Of a DNA stretch of 64,000 nucleotides, positions 18,120 to 29,307 are shown piece after piece (positions within the stretch are counted from its first letter, which is position 1; every line of letters begins with the position of its first letter). The notes beneath the pieces were generated by a model, which saw only the letters and a list, made by a program, of their open reading frames with translations, searched no databases and was not told where the DNA came from. This DNA comes from an uncultured Phycisphaeraceae bacterium. GTDB lineage: Bacteria; Planctomycetota; Phycisphaerae; Phycisphaerales; UBA1924. Where the stretch lies: the NCBI GenBank assembly GCA_964614515.1, contig CAZTPJ010000012.1:1691-65690 (forward strand), read 5' to 3'. A program made the translations under genes and the position numbers.

Positions 18120-18161
18120 CGCGTGGCATGGGCAAGCCTTCAGGCTTGCCCATGCCACGCG
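18120..18161. repeat. 19-bp perfect hairpin just after the pnkp stop (REP-like or terminator)
   Basis: CGCGTGGCATGGGCAAGCC-TTCA-GGCTTGCCCATGCCACGCG. A sister copy lies at 31865-31901. Confidence 0.7.
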
Positions 18162-18183
18162 GACCGTTCTTCTACACTTGCCC

Positions 18184-19767
18184 ATGCTCGTCACGCTCTT
18201 AGGCGGCATCGGCTTGTTTCTGCTGGGGATGTCGTTGATGGTTGACGGCCTCAAGTCGCTGGCGGGAGGGATGCTGCGCGATGTGCTGACGAGGGTGGTG
18301 GCCGGGCCGTGGAGCGCCCTGGGCGCTGGGGCGGCGGTGACGGCGCTGGTGCAGTCTTCCAGCGCCACGACGCTGATGACCATCGGGTTCGTCAGCGCCG
18401 GGTTGATCACGTTTCAGCAGGCCGTGGGTGTGATCTTCGGCGCGAACCTCGGCACGACAAGCACGGGTTGGCTGGTTTCGGTTCTGGGGTTCAAAGTCTC
18501 GATGGGCGCAATCGCCTATCCGCTGGTGTTCATCGGCGCGATGGTCCACATCCTGGCGCGGCCGAGGCTCGGCGCGTCCGGGCGTGCGCTGGCGGGCTTT
18601 GGACTCATCTTCGTCGGCATTGGGCTGTTGCAAGAGGGCATGGTGGGACTTCAGTCGCATGTTGATCCGTCCGTGCTGGCCGTGGGAGGAATCGCCGGGC
18701 GACTGCTGATGGTCTTGCTCGGCGTCGCGATGACGGTGGTGATGCAGTCATCCAGCGCGGCCATGGCCGCAACGCTGGCCGCGCTGGATTCGGACGTGGT
18801 CTCACTCGATCAGGCCGCCGCGCTCGTCATCGGACAAAACGTCGGCACCACCGTCAAGGCAGGCCTCGCGTCCATCGGCGCATCGACTCCCGCGAAACGC
18901 ACGGCCATGGCACACTTCCTCTTCAACGCGATCACCGGCGCCGTCGCGCTGGCCTTTTTGCCGCTGTTCCTATGGGGCGCCAGCGCGATGCAGGTGGACC
19001 ACGAGGGGCCGATCGTGCTGGCGGCGTTTCACACGGTCTTCAACATTCTCGGCGTCGCGATTCTCCTGCCGGTGTCGGGGCATTTCTCGCGGTTGATCGA
19101 GCGCCTCCTCCCCGATCGCGGCGATCGCTTGACGCGATTCCTTGATCTGTCGGTCACACAACTCGGCCCCGTCGCGATTGAGGCCGCGCGTCGATGCGTC
19201 GCGGAGATCATGCGCGAAACGCTCGACGACCTGCGGCAGGCACTCGAAGGGGCGCGAGGGCGCCAGGATCACGCCGCGAAACTCCATCGCGCCCTCGACG
19301 AGGTTCAAACGTTCCTTCACCGACTGAGCGCAGGCACGCAGTCCGACGACGATGTGCAGCGACACGCCGCAATCCTGCACGCCGTGGAGCACACTTCGCT
19401 GTTGGTCGCGGCCTGCGAACGCACCCCACGCGCAAGCGTGCTGCGAGCGCCTCAACTCGATCCGCAACTCGCCGCCCTCGAAGACTTGATCAACGAAGCC
19501 CGCGCGTGGCTAGCCAATCCCACAACATCCGCGCCAACGCAGAGCATGGCCGACACGGCCGCGAACGTCGAACGTCTCCGACGCACCATCCGCCTCGACA
19601 TCCTCAATCACACCGCCCAAGGCGCAGCTCAGCCCGCCGACGCGGCCACGGCCATCGAAGCCCTCCGCTGGGGCGAAGAAGTCGCCCACCGAATCGCGCG
19701 AGGGGTGGCGTATCTGGATCCGGGTACGCTCAAGAATCCGAAGCCGAAGGATGAAACTGGCGTATAG
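18184..19767 (+). CDS. Na/Pi cotransporter family protein with a C-terminal PhoU-like region
   Basis: LVTLLGGIGLFLLGMSLMVDGLKSLAG is the typical NptA-family N-terminus. The motif repeats internally (VVMQSSSAAMAATLA). The ATG at 18184 is preferred over the TTG at 18178. Confidence 0.8.
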   Translation: MLVTLLGGIGLFLLGMSLMVDGLKSLAGGMLRDVLTRVVAGPWSALGAGAAVTALVQSSSATTLMTIGFVSAGLITFQQAVGVIFGANLGTTSTGWLVSVLGFKVSMGAIAYPLVFIGAMVHILARPRLGASGRALAGFGLIFVGIGLLQEGMVGLQSHVDPSVLAVGGIAGRLLMVLLGVAMTVVMQSSSAAMAATLAALDSDVVSLDQAAALVIGQNVGTTVKAGLASIGASTPAKRTAMAHFLFNAITGAVALAFLPLFLWGASAMQVDHEGPIVLAAFHTVFNILGVAILLPVSGHFSRLIERLLPDRGDRLTRFLDLSVTQLGPVAIEAARRCVAEIMRETLDDLRQALEGARGRQDHAAKLHRALDEVQTFLHRLSAGTQSDDDVQRHAAILHAVEHTSLLVAACERTPRASVLRAPQLDPQLAALEDLINEARAWLANPTTSAPTQSMADTAANVERLRRTIRLDILNHTAQGAAQPADAATAIEALRWGEEVAHRIARGVAYLDPGTLKNPKPKDETGV

Positions 19768-19902
19768 CACCGCGCTGATCCTGCCGCGACGCTGTACACC
19801 CCGGCCTTCACTCAAGCCCGCGCGAACGGATTCCCGATCCCACCGCTCGTGACAACGCACGGCCAATCGACCGAAACCCGCACGCACACACGCGACAGCG
19901 CG

Positions 19903-20769
19903 ATGCGCCGGCTCGACTCAGCCCAACTCGTCTTCATCGTCGGGCCGTCAAAGTGCGGCACATCATGGGTGCAGACGACGCTTGACGGCCATCCCAACGC
20001 GGTATCATGGGCCGAGGGCGCGTTCGCGTCGTGGCTTGGCCCGGGCATCCGCCGCGCGGCCGAGGAGTTCAATGCCAACCACCGCAGCGCGAAATATCGC
20101 CACGACTTCACGTTGACCGACGATGACGTCGCCTCGCTCACGCGGTTCGCGTATGACCTGGTGCTCGCGAAGTATCTCGCCGGCGCAAAGCCGGGTGAAG
20201 AACTGCTGGCCGTCATCGACAAGACGCCCACGCACGCCTTTCATGTTCGCGAACTGGCCGCGATCTATCCCACCGCGAAGTTCATTCTCGTCACGCGCGA
20301 TCCGCGCGATGCGGCCGTGAGTTGGTGGCACTTCATGCACTTTCAGGGCAAGCCGCGCTATGACTCGATCGAGGCGTGCGCGGAGGCGTACGCGGCGATG
20401 TGGGGCGACATTGTGGCGACGGTGCGCAGCGCAAGCCTCGGCGAGCGCCTCGCCGAGATCACCTATGAGTCATACAAAGCCGACCCGCGCGCTGAGGTCC
20501 GCCGACTCCTCACCTTCATCGGACTCCCCACCACCGACCACCACATCAACCTCTGCCTCACCGCCGGCGACTTCTCCCGCCAGACCCGAGGCCGTCAACC
20601 CGGCCACGAAGCGCGATCGTTCCACCGCAAAGGCGTGGTGGGCGATTGGCGGAATCATTTGTCTGAGGAGTTGGCAGAGCGGGTGATGGGGATTGCGAAC
20701 GAGAGAGTTGGTTGCGACACACTTCACGCAGCCGCGGCCCCTCGCACGTCCCAAAGGCCAGGACCGTAA
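19903..20769 (+). CDS. sulfotransferase family protein
   Basis: VFIVGPSKCGTSW (5'-PSB loop) and RDPRDAAVSWWHF (3'-PB motif). The track start at 19849 is a GTG; the ATG at 19903 is preferred. Confidence 0.75.
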   Translation: MRRLDSAQLVFIVGPSKCGTSWVQTTLDGHPNAVSWAEGAFASWLGPGIRRAAEEFNANHRSAKYRHDFTLTDDDVASLTRFAYDLVLAKYLAGAKPGEELLAVIDKTPTHAFHVRELAAIYPTAKFILVTRDPRDAAVSWWHFMHFQGKPRYDSIEACAEAYAAMWGDIVATVRSASLGERLAEITYESYKADPRAEVRRLLTFIGLPTTDHHINLCLTAGDFSRQTRGRQPGHEARSFHRKGVVGDWRNHLSEELAERVMGIANERVGCDTLHAAAAPRTSQRPGP

Positions 20770-20886
20770 ATCGAATCCACCTCGCCTCCATCCTGAGGCC
20801 GCTTCAGCGGTCTTTCCCGCTTGTAGGCCACGCCTTCAGGCGTGGTGAAGGTCAGTTCCGTTTCCGATGAACAGTACAAACACCGC

Positions 20887-20908
20887 AGCCCGTTTCAACG
20901 GGCTTTTC
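20887..20908 (+). terminator. hairpin plus T-run in the convergent sulfotransferase/tdh gap
   Basis: AGCCCG-TTTCAA-CGGGCT followed by TTTTCGTT. The tdh stop codon sits in the loop. Two more CTTCAG-loop hairpins lie at 20797-20812 and 20828-20845. Confidence 0.5.
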
Positions 20909-21956
20909 GTTCGCTCCCCACATCCATCACCACCTTGATCCCCTCCCCGCTGAGCATCGTGGTGAACGCCTGCTCGAATTGCTCGATCGGATACTCGTGC
21001 GTGATGATGTCGTCGAGTTCGAGACGCCCGGAGAGCAGCAACTCTTCCATCTGATACCATGTCTCGAACATCTTGCGCCCGTTGATCCCCAGCACCGTGG
21101 CGCCCTTGAAGATCACATGCTTGTTCCAGTCAAACGTCATCGGGCGTGAGGGCAGGCCCAGCAGCGCGGCCGTGCCACCGTTGCGCAGCGCCGTGAACCC
21201 ATCCGTGAACGCGCTGGGCGCGCCGCTCATTTCGATGAGCACATCGACGCCTTCGCCGCGCGTCGCCTTGCGAACGGTGTGAATCCAGTCCGGCGCAGAC
21301 CCCCCTCGAACGTCAAACGCCTCCACCGCGCCGAGTTTCCGCGCCAGCGCAAGCCGACGCGGATCCACATCCGTCGCGAAGATCCGCGACGCCCCCGCCG
21401 CCTTCGCCACCGTCACGGCCATCAAACCGATGATCCCCACGCCCGTCACAAGCACGCTCTTGGCGCTCACGTTCGCCGCCATCACCGTGTGAACCGCATT
21501 ACCCAGCGGATCGAGCACGGCCGCCACCCTGTCCGGCACCGACGGATGCACCGGCCACACGTTCTCTTCCGGGACGCAGACATAGTCCGCAAAGCATCCA
21601 TCGCGATCGATGCCGATGATCGTCGTGTCCCGCGCGATGTGCGCGTTGCCCGTACGAGAGTTGTAATCCGTCCAGGCCGTGATGTGCCCCTCCGCCGACA
21701 CACGCAGGCCCGGGGCGAACTTGCTCACGGCCGAGCCAACCTTCTCGATCACACCGACGAACTCGTGCCCCGTAATGATGCCCACCGGAATCCGCGACGC
21801 CGCCCAGTCATCCCACTCCCAGATATGCCGATCGGTTCCGCAGATCCCCACCTTCGACACGCGGATCAGGACATCCCGCGGCCCGGGCGCGGGCACAGGA
21901 CGATCTGACGTGAACTTCAAACCTTGACCGGCGTGATGCTTGATGAGGGCGCGCAT
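20895..21956 (-). CDS. tdh: L-threonine 3-dehydrogenase
   Basis: VLIRVSKVGICGTDRHIWEWDDWAASRIPVGIITGHEFVGVIEKVG closely parallels E. coli Tdh. Confidence 0.88.
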   Translation of the reverse strand: MRALIKHHAGQGLKFTSDRPVPAPGPRDVLIRVSKVGICGTDRHIWEWDDWAASRIPVGIITGHEFVGVIEKVGSAVSKFAPGLRVSAEGHITAWTDYNSRTGNAHIARDTTIIGIDRDGCFADYVCVPEENVWPVHPSVPDRVAAVLDPLGNAVHTVMAANVSAKSVLVTGVGIIGLMAVTVAKAAGASRIFATDVDPRRLALARKLGAVEAFDVRGGSAPDWIHTVRKATRGEGVDVLIEMSGAPSAFTDGFTALRNGGTAALLGLPSRPMTFDWNKHVIFKGATVLGINGRKMFETWYQMEELLLSGRLELDDIITHEYPIEQFEQAFTTMLSGEGIKVVMDVGSERKAR

Positions 21957-22071
21957 ACAGGCTTCCAGGAGGCGTGCGAACGGACCAGACGGAGAGTGTA
22001 GTGCCGCTCGTCGATTCGGTGCGATGGACGGGGTGTGAACCGTCAGGGTAACCGCACAGTCCCTCGGATGC

Positions 22072-22215
22072 GGTGGTGCGGGCGTCTCGCCTGCACCCGT
22101 CTCTGCTCAACCCCAGTCGTGTTGTCCTCCCGCCCGCAGGGCGGAGAGGCTGCACCGACGGAGCCAGTACCACTGGGAGAAAAGCGATGGGTGCAGGCGA
22201 GACGCCCGCACCACC
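22072..22215. repeat. composite element: two 27-nt REP-like units in perfect inverted orientation around a spacer of about 90 nt
   Basis: ggtggtgcgggcgtctcgcctgcaccc (22072-22098) is the exact reverse complement of gggtgcaggcgagacgcccgcaccacc (22189-22215). Confidence 0.85.
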
Positions 22216-22247
22216 GGAGCCAGTCCCCTTCCAACCCCACCCCGGCC

Positions 22248-22514
22248 ATGTCGCAGCCTGACTGGTACAGTTTGGCCAGCATGGAGCTCACCACGCTTGA
22301 CGAGATGCTCCGCCGCGAGCCGTTTCAGCCGCTTCGCTTGCTCTTGAGCAACGGCCAGCGCGTGGACATTCTCGATCCATCCCTTGTCGTTCCCATGAAG
22401 CGAGAGATCTTCGTCGCCAACCGCGGGCGCGATGGCTTTCGTTCCCATTCAATGCTTCACATCGTCGGTGCTGAGTCGATCAACGGCTCAAACGGCCAGC
22501 GCTCGAACGGCTAA
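22248..22514 (+). CDS. small conserved hypothetical protein
   Basis: The ATG at 22248 follows the repeat element. The sequence ...EPFQPLRLLLSNGQRVDILDPSLVV... resembles small proteins of unknown function common in Planctomycetes (from memory only). Confidence 0.45.
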   Translation: MSQPDWYSLASMELTTLDEMLRREPFQPLRLLLSNGQRVDILDPSLVVPMKREIFVANRGRDGFRSHSMLHIVGAESINGSNGQRSNG

Positions 22515-22607
22515 GCAGTCACCAGGACTCGGCTATGAGCACCATGCCACTCTCCCTTGGGCGGCCCCCTTGGCCGAAGGCCCCAACTACACTCTGCACG
22601 ACCGAGC

Positions 22608-25220
22608 ATGTCCCCCGACTCCTCCAACACTCCCGATCCCTCGGACCCCACGATTCCCGTGCGGGGGGGCGATACGCCGTCGCAGGCGACAACGCTGCCG
22701 GCGGGGACACTGCTCATCGAGCGTTATCGCATCGTGTCGTATCTTGGGCGTGGCGGCATGGGGCAGGTGTATCGCGCCGATGACCTCACGCTGGGGCATT
22801 CGGTCGCGCTGAAGTTCTTGCCCGATGCGCTCGCGGCCGATGAGGTTCGCCTGGCGCGGCTGCGTGAAGAGGTCCGCCAGGCACGGCTGGTGTCGCACCG
22901 CAATGTCTGCCGTGTGCATGACATCGCGACCGATCCCGGCGATGGCGATCGCCCGCCGCGGGTCTTCATCGCGATGGAGTATGTCGATGGCGAGGACCTC
23001 GCGTCGCTGCTGCGCCGCATCGGCCGCCTTCCCCTCGACAAGGGCCTTGATGTCGCGCGGCAACTCTGCTCCGCGCTCGCGGCCGTGCATGCCGAAGGCA
23101 TCATCCATCGCGACCTCAAGCCTGAGAACGTGATGCTCGATGGTCGCGGGCGCGTGCGTCTGATGGATTTCGGCATCGCGGCGGCCGTGGGCGCAGCGCG
23201 CGATGTCCGCTCGGGCACGCCCGCGTACATGTCGCCGGAACAACACGCGGGGAAGGAAGCGACGGAGCGCAGTGACATCTACGCCCTTGGCCTTGTCATC
23301 CATGAGGTACTCACGGGACGACATCCGGGCGACACGCCCGCGTCACGTTCAGGCACGCGCGGGTCCGGCACGCGATCCGCCACGGATCACGAACCCCTCG
23401 ACTCCGCCACCGACGGCATCATCAAGCGGTGTCTCGCGGAAGACCCGGCCGCACGACCGCAATCCGCCCTCGCCGTCGCGTTCGCGCTGCCCGGCGGCGA
23501 CCCGCTCGCCGCCGCGATCGCCGCGGGCGAGACGCCATCACCGGAACTCATCGCGGCCGCGGGCAACACCGGCGGAACACATCCGGGGCTGGCCTTGCTT
23601 CTTGTCGTGATCGCCGCGCTGGCCACGGCCGGCTCGCTTTTTCTCAATCGCTGGATCGAGATCATCAACATCGTTCCGTTGCCCAGGGCCACGGCCGTGT
23701 TGAAGGACCAGGCGCGTGAAGCGATGGCGGACCTGGGCTACCCGGATGCGCCGTTTGATTCGTTCGCGGGCTGGACGATCAACAATGCCGCGCTGCGAAC
23801 GCTCCGCGAGAAGCACTCCGTCGACGAACTGCTGGATGTTCTCGAGACCAGGCGCACTCGCGCGATCATGTTCTGGTATCGCGAGTCCCCTCAGCGGTTG
23901 ACACCGCTCAATAATTTCGGATTCATCGGGGTCGGTGATCCTCCGCTGCTGACGCCTGGCATGGCCTTCTACATCACCGACGCCCGGGGCCGTCTTCAGA
24001 CGTTTCGCGCTGTGCCTCCGAGCGCTGCGCCCGTTGGCGAGTTTGAATCGCCCGATTGGGCACGACCCTTCGCGCTGGCGGGACTGAACATCGCGGACTT
24101 TGAGCCTGCGCCGCCAGCGCTCAATCCGAAGGCGGCCGTCACCGAGCATCGCGCATGGACCGGCGAACTTCCCGACGAACCCGGGACGCGAGTGACGGTT
24201 CATGGCGGCGCGTACGCGGGGCGAGTCTCGGAGTTTTCGGTGCTGACCGATCCCGACCTCGAGATGGCGCGGGCCGCAACTCCGCCCGAGGATTCCAGGA
24301 ATCCTATTTTCATTTGGCTGCAGATCGTCATGGTTGTCGGCACGGTCATCGCCGGCTGCGCACTGAGTTGGCGGAACATTCGCCTTCGGCGCAGCGATCA
24401 CGCGAGCGCCACGCGCATCGCCCTCGTGCTCGCCCTCGTCAGCGGCGTCGGATTCATCCTGCTCTCCAGTCGCATTCCATCGTTCACCGGGCTTATCTTC
24501 GGCAACGCGCCGCATCTCGCGGCCACGCTCCTCGGCGGCGCCATCTTCTGGATCTTCTATGTCGCCCTCGAGCCGTTCGCGAGGAAGGTCTGGCCGTCCA
24601 TCCTCATCGGCTGGGCGAGACTGCTGTCCGGCCGTGTGCGAGACCCGATGGTCGGCCGCGATATTCTGATCGCGTTGTGCGCGGGATCGCTCTACTCGTT
24701 GTTGATGGACCTCTCCATTCTCGCGCCGATGTTCACGGGGGAACCGTCAAACGTCATCCCGCTGTTCTCTTCCGGCGATGGCTATCTCGTCGGCCCAAAG
24801 CCCGTCACCGGAAGGCTTGCGCTCAACATTCTCAACGCCGTCATTGGCGGCGCGGCGCAACTCCTCTTCCTCGTGCTGCTGCGACTCATCCTCCGGCGCG
24901 CCATTCTCGCGGCCGGGGTGTATTCACTGATCGTGCTCGCGCTCAACTGGGGCCAGTCGGGCGCGACAATGTCCGCGCTGCCAACCCTCGCCGTGCTGTC
25001 GGCAATGGTCGTCTTTGTCATGCTTCGCTACGGCCTGCTCCCGCAGATCCTCGCGATCTACACCAGCACGGTCATCAACAGCACACCCGTGCCCGTCACG
25101 ATGGACACCTGGTTCGCCGCGCCGGCCCTCATCCCCATGGGCCTGCTCACGGCCGCCGCGATCTACGGCTTTTTCACCGCCACGCGCGGCCGCAAACTCC
25201 TGCCCGATCTCGATGCCTGA
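22608..25220 (+). CDS. Ser/Thr protein kinase fused to a large polytopic membrane domain
   Basis: [30 protein letters not shown] and TPAYMSPEQ, then about 9 predicted TM helices. The start could be the TTG at 22557 or the ATG at 22608. Confidence 0.85.
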   Translation: MSPDSSNTPDPSDPTIPVRGGDTPSQATTLPAGTLLIERYRIVSYLGRGGMGQVYRADDLTLGHSVALKFLPDALAADEVRLARLREEVRQARLVSHRNVCRVHDIATDPGDGDRPPRVFIAMEYVDGEDLASLLRRIGRLPLDKGLDVARQLCSALAAVHAEGIIHRDLKPENVMLDGRGRVRLMDFGIAAAVGAARDVRSGTPAYMSPEQHAGKEATERSDIYALGLVIHEVLTGRHPGDTPASRSGTRGSGTRSATDHEPLDSATDGIIKRCLAEDPAARPQSALAVAFALPGGDPLAAAIAAGETPSPELIAAAGNTGGTHPGLALLLVVIAALATAGSLFLNRWIEIINIVPLPRATAVLKDQAREAMADLGYPDAPFDSFAGWTINNAALRTLREKHSVDELLDVLETRRTRAIMFWYRESPQRLTPLNNFGFIGVGDPPLLTPGMAFYITDARGRLQTFRAVPPSAAPVGEFESPDWARPFALAGLNIADFEPAPPALNPKAAVTEHRAWTGELPDEPGTRVTVHGGAYAGRVSEFSVLTDPDLEMARAATPPEDSRNPIFIWLQIVMVVGTVIAGCALSWRNIRLRRSDHASATRIALVLALVSGVGFILLSSRIPSFTGLIFGNAPHLAATLLGGAIFWIFYVALEPFARKVWPSILIGWARLLSGRVRDPMVGRDILIALCAGSLYSLLMDLSILAPMFTGEPSNVIPLFSSGDGYLVGPKPVTGRLALNILNAVIGGAAQLLFLVLLRLILRRAILAAGVYSLIVLALNWGQSGATMSALPTLAVLSAMVVFVMLRYGLLPQILAIYTSTVINSTPVPVTMDTWFAAPALIPMGLLTAAAIYGFFTATRGRKLLPDLDA

Positions 25221-25424
25221 CCGAGCGATGATCCGGTCCGAGAGTTGCGCAAGGAAATCATTAAGTCAGGAAATGTGCTCGCCGCGCTGAATCCAGCCTC
25301 CCCCCCGCATCGAAGCCCACCGTGACCGGCGGGATGGTCTCGCCGCAACACGGCCGCAACGCATCCCGCGCCGCGAACACCGGCGCGCGGGATGTTGTGT
25401 GCCACAACATCAGGAGGAACAGAG

Positions 25425-26144
25425 ATGAGAACAGGGAATCTGTGTGTGCTGGCGCTGTCGGCAGGGCTGGCCACGACCGCGCTCGCCCAGAACGCAAACG
25501 TCCGCGTTATTCACGCGTCACCCGACGCCCCGGCCGTGGATGTCCTCGTTGACAACTCCCCCGCCTTCACCAATCTCGCCTTCACCGGCGTCACGTCATA
25601 TGCCTCGCTGCCCGCGGGAATGTACAACGTGCAGGTCGTGCCGGCGGGTCAGCCCGGCCCGGCCGTGATCAACGCGGATCTCACCCTCTCGGGCAACACC
25701 GACTACTCCGTCCTGGCCGTCAACACGCTCGCCAACATTGAGCCACTCGTGCTTGTCGATGACAACACGATCGCCCGCGGGCAGGCGCGCGTGCGATTCG
25801 TTCATGCCTCGCCCGATGCCCCGGCCGTGGACATCGCCCTGGCCGGCGGACCCGTGCTCTTCTCCAATATCGCGTTCCGCGAGATCGGTGACTATCTGAC
25901 CGTCGGCGCTGGGGCGTATGACCTCGAAGCGCGCATCGCGGGAACCATGAACGTCGCCCTGAGCGTTCCGGGCGCGTTCTTCGCACGCGACACCGTCTAC
26001 ACCGTGTATGCGATGGGCCTCGTCGGTGGCACGCCGTCTCTTCAGGCCGTCGTCAGCGTCGATGCGATTCCCGCGCCGGGCGTGGCTGCGGCGTTCGCGC
26101 TGGCCGGGCTTGGCCTGACCGTGCGTCGCCGTCGCACCGTTTGA
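25425..26144 (+). CDS. DUF4397 domain protein with a signal peptide and a PEP-CTERM-like tail
   Basis: An AGGAGGA RBS precedes the ATG at 25425. VRVIHASPDAPAVDV and VRFVHASPDAPAVDI are the repeated DUF4397 motifs. The tail is IPAPGVAAAFALAGLGLTVRRRR. Confidence 0.75.
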   Translation: MRTGNLCVLALSAGLATTALAQNANVRVIHASPDAPAVDVLVDNSPAFTNLAFTGVTSYASLPAGMYNVQVVPAGQPGPAVINADLTLSGNTDYSVLAVNTLANIEPLVLVDDNTIARGQARVRFVHASPDAPAVDIALAGGPVLFSNIAFREIGDYLTVGAGAYDLEARIAGTMNVALSVPGAFFARDTVYTVYAMGLVGGTPSLQAVVSVDAIPAPGVAAAFALAGLGLTVRRRRTV

Positions 26145-26170
26145 TAAGGTTGTCTCAGCCTCCACGCAGG

Positions 26171-26199
26171 ACGGGCCTGGCCGCACGAGCCAGGCCCGT
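26171..26199. terminator. 11-bp hairpin between the convergent DUF4397 and CYTH genes
   Basis: ACGGGCCTGGC-cgcacga-GCCAGGCCCGT. Confidence 0.45.
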
Positions 26200-26213
26200 T
26201 CCATGTCCTCCCC

Positions 26214-26747
26214 TCACATATCCCCGCGCTGCAGCGCCCCCTCACGCGCCACCGCGAGCAGATCCGCATACGCGACCGACACGGCCTCGCCCAGCACCGG
26301 CGACAGCGCCGCCCGCAGCGCATCAATCCCCGCCCGACACGCCGCAACATCACAGTCCCCGGTGATCATCGCCTGCAACTCCACGAAACACCCGAGCATG
26401 TCCACGCGATCCAGATGGATTCGCACGTTGCCCAGGAGATGAATCTCGCGACTCTTGCGCACCACCACGCGCATCGGCAGCGGCTGCGACCCGAATCGCG
26501 CCGCCGCCTGCTCTTCGCTGAAAATCGCGAACTTGCACACCCGCGGCCCGACGCCCTCGCGCCGTGAATACAGCACATACTCCGTCGGCTCATCCGGACA
26601 GATCCGCTTGATCAGCCGTGCATCGGGCACGTTGTAACAGATGTCCGTCTGATCCAGCGTCGCCACATGCGTCGCGCCCAGCGCGCGACAGATCCCCCGC
26701 GCCAGCGGCAAGTCACGAAGCTCAGCCTTGAACTCAAGTGATTCCAT
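26214..26747 (-). CDS. CYTH domain protein (class IV adenylate cyclase / triphosphatase family)
   Basis: MESLEFKAEL (the ExExK-type start of CYTH) ...VVRKSREIHLLGNVRIHLDRVDMLGCFVELQ. The ATG at 26747 is preferred. Confidence 0.65.
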   Translation of the reverse strand: MESLEFKAELRDLPLARGICRALGATHVATLDQTDICYNVPDARLIKRICPDEPTEYVLYSRREGVGPRVCKFAIFSEEQAAARFGSQPLPMRVVVRKSREIHLLGNVRIHLDRVDMLGCFVELQAMITGDCDVAACRAGIDALRAALSPVLGEAVSVAYADLLAVAREGALQRGDM

Positions 26748-26898
26748 GCAGGGCCACGACACAGGCGACAGCCCCAGCCGCCCGAACACACAAGGCGCCT
26801 CCCTCAATCCATCCCGCGTGACACGCCGCGCAACGTCCCAGATTCAAACGTCTGAGAACACGCCACACCGCGCGGAAACCACGCAACGTCCGCGTGTT

Positions 26899-29145
<2,247 letters not shown>

Positions 29146-29238
29146 TCAAGATGCTACCGGTAATCTCCACAGCGAGTATGACGACAACCCAAAACTCGAC
29201 GCCAGTGCAAACACCTGTTTACTGCCTTCGTTCCTATT

Positions 29239-29300
29239 CGACACTTTTGGTTGAAAAATGTCGATTCACAATAGACATTTTTCCGGAAAAAGTGTATAAT
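29239..29300 (+). promoter_or_regulatory. sigma70-like promoter (TAGACA-N17-TATAAT) with two inverted-repeat pairs of GACAYTTTT
   Basis: -35 TAGACA at 29272-29277 and -10 TATAAT at 29295-29300, with an exact 17-nt spacer. IR1 is GACACTTTT-ggttg-AAAAATGTC (29240-29262). IR2 is GACATTTTT-ccgg-AAAAAGTGT (29274-29295) and fills the spacer. Confidence 0.45.
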
Positions 29301-29307
29301 GAACCCT

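Noticed and set aside
22035-22247. The 5' part of the 159-aa track ORF 22035-22514.
   Set aside because: The upstream 71 codons are made of the inverted REP-like element. The conserved-looking part starts at the ATG at 22248 or later.
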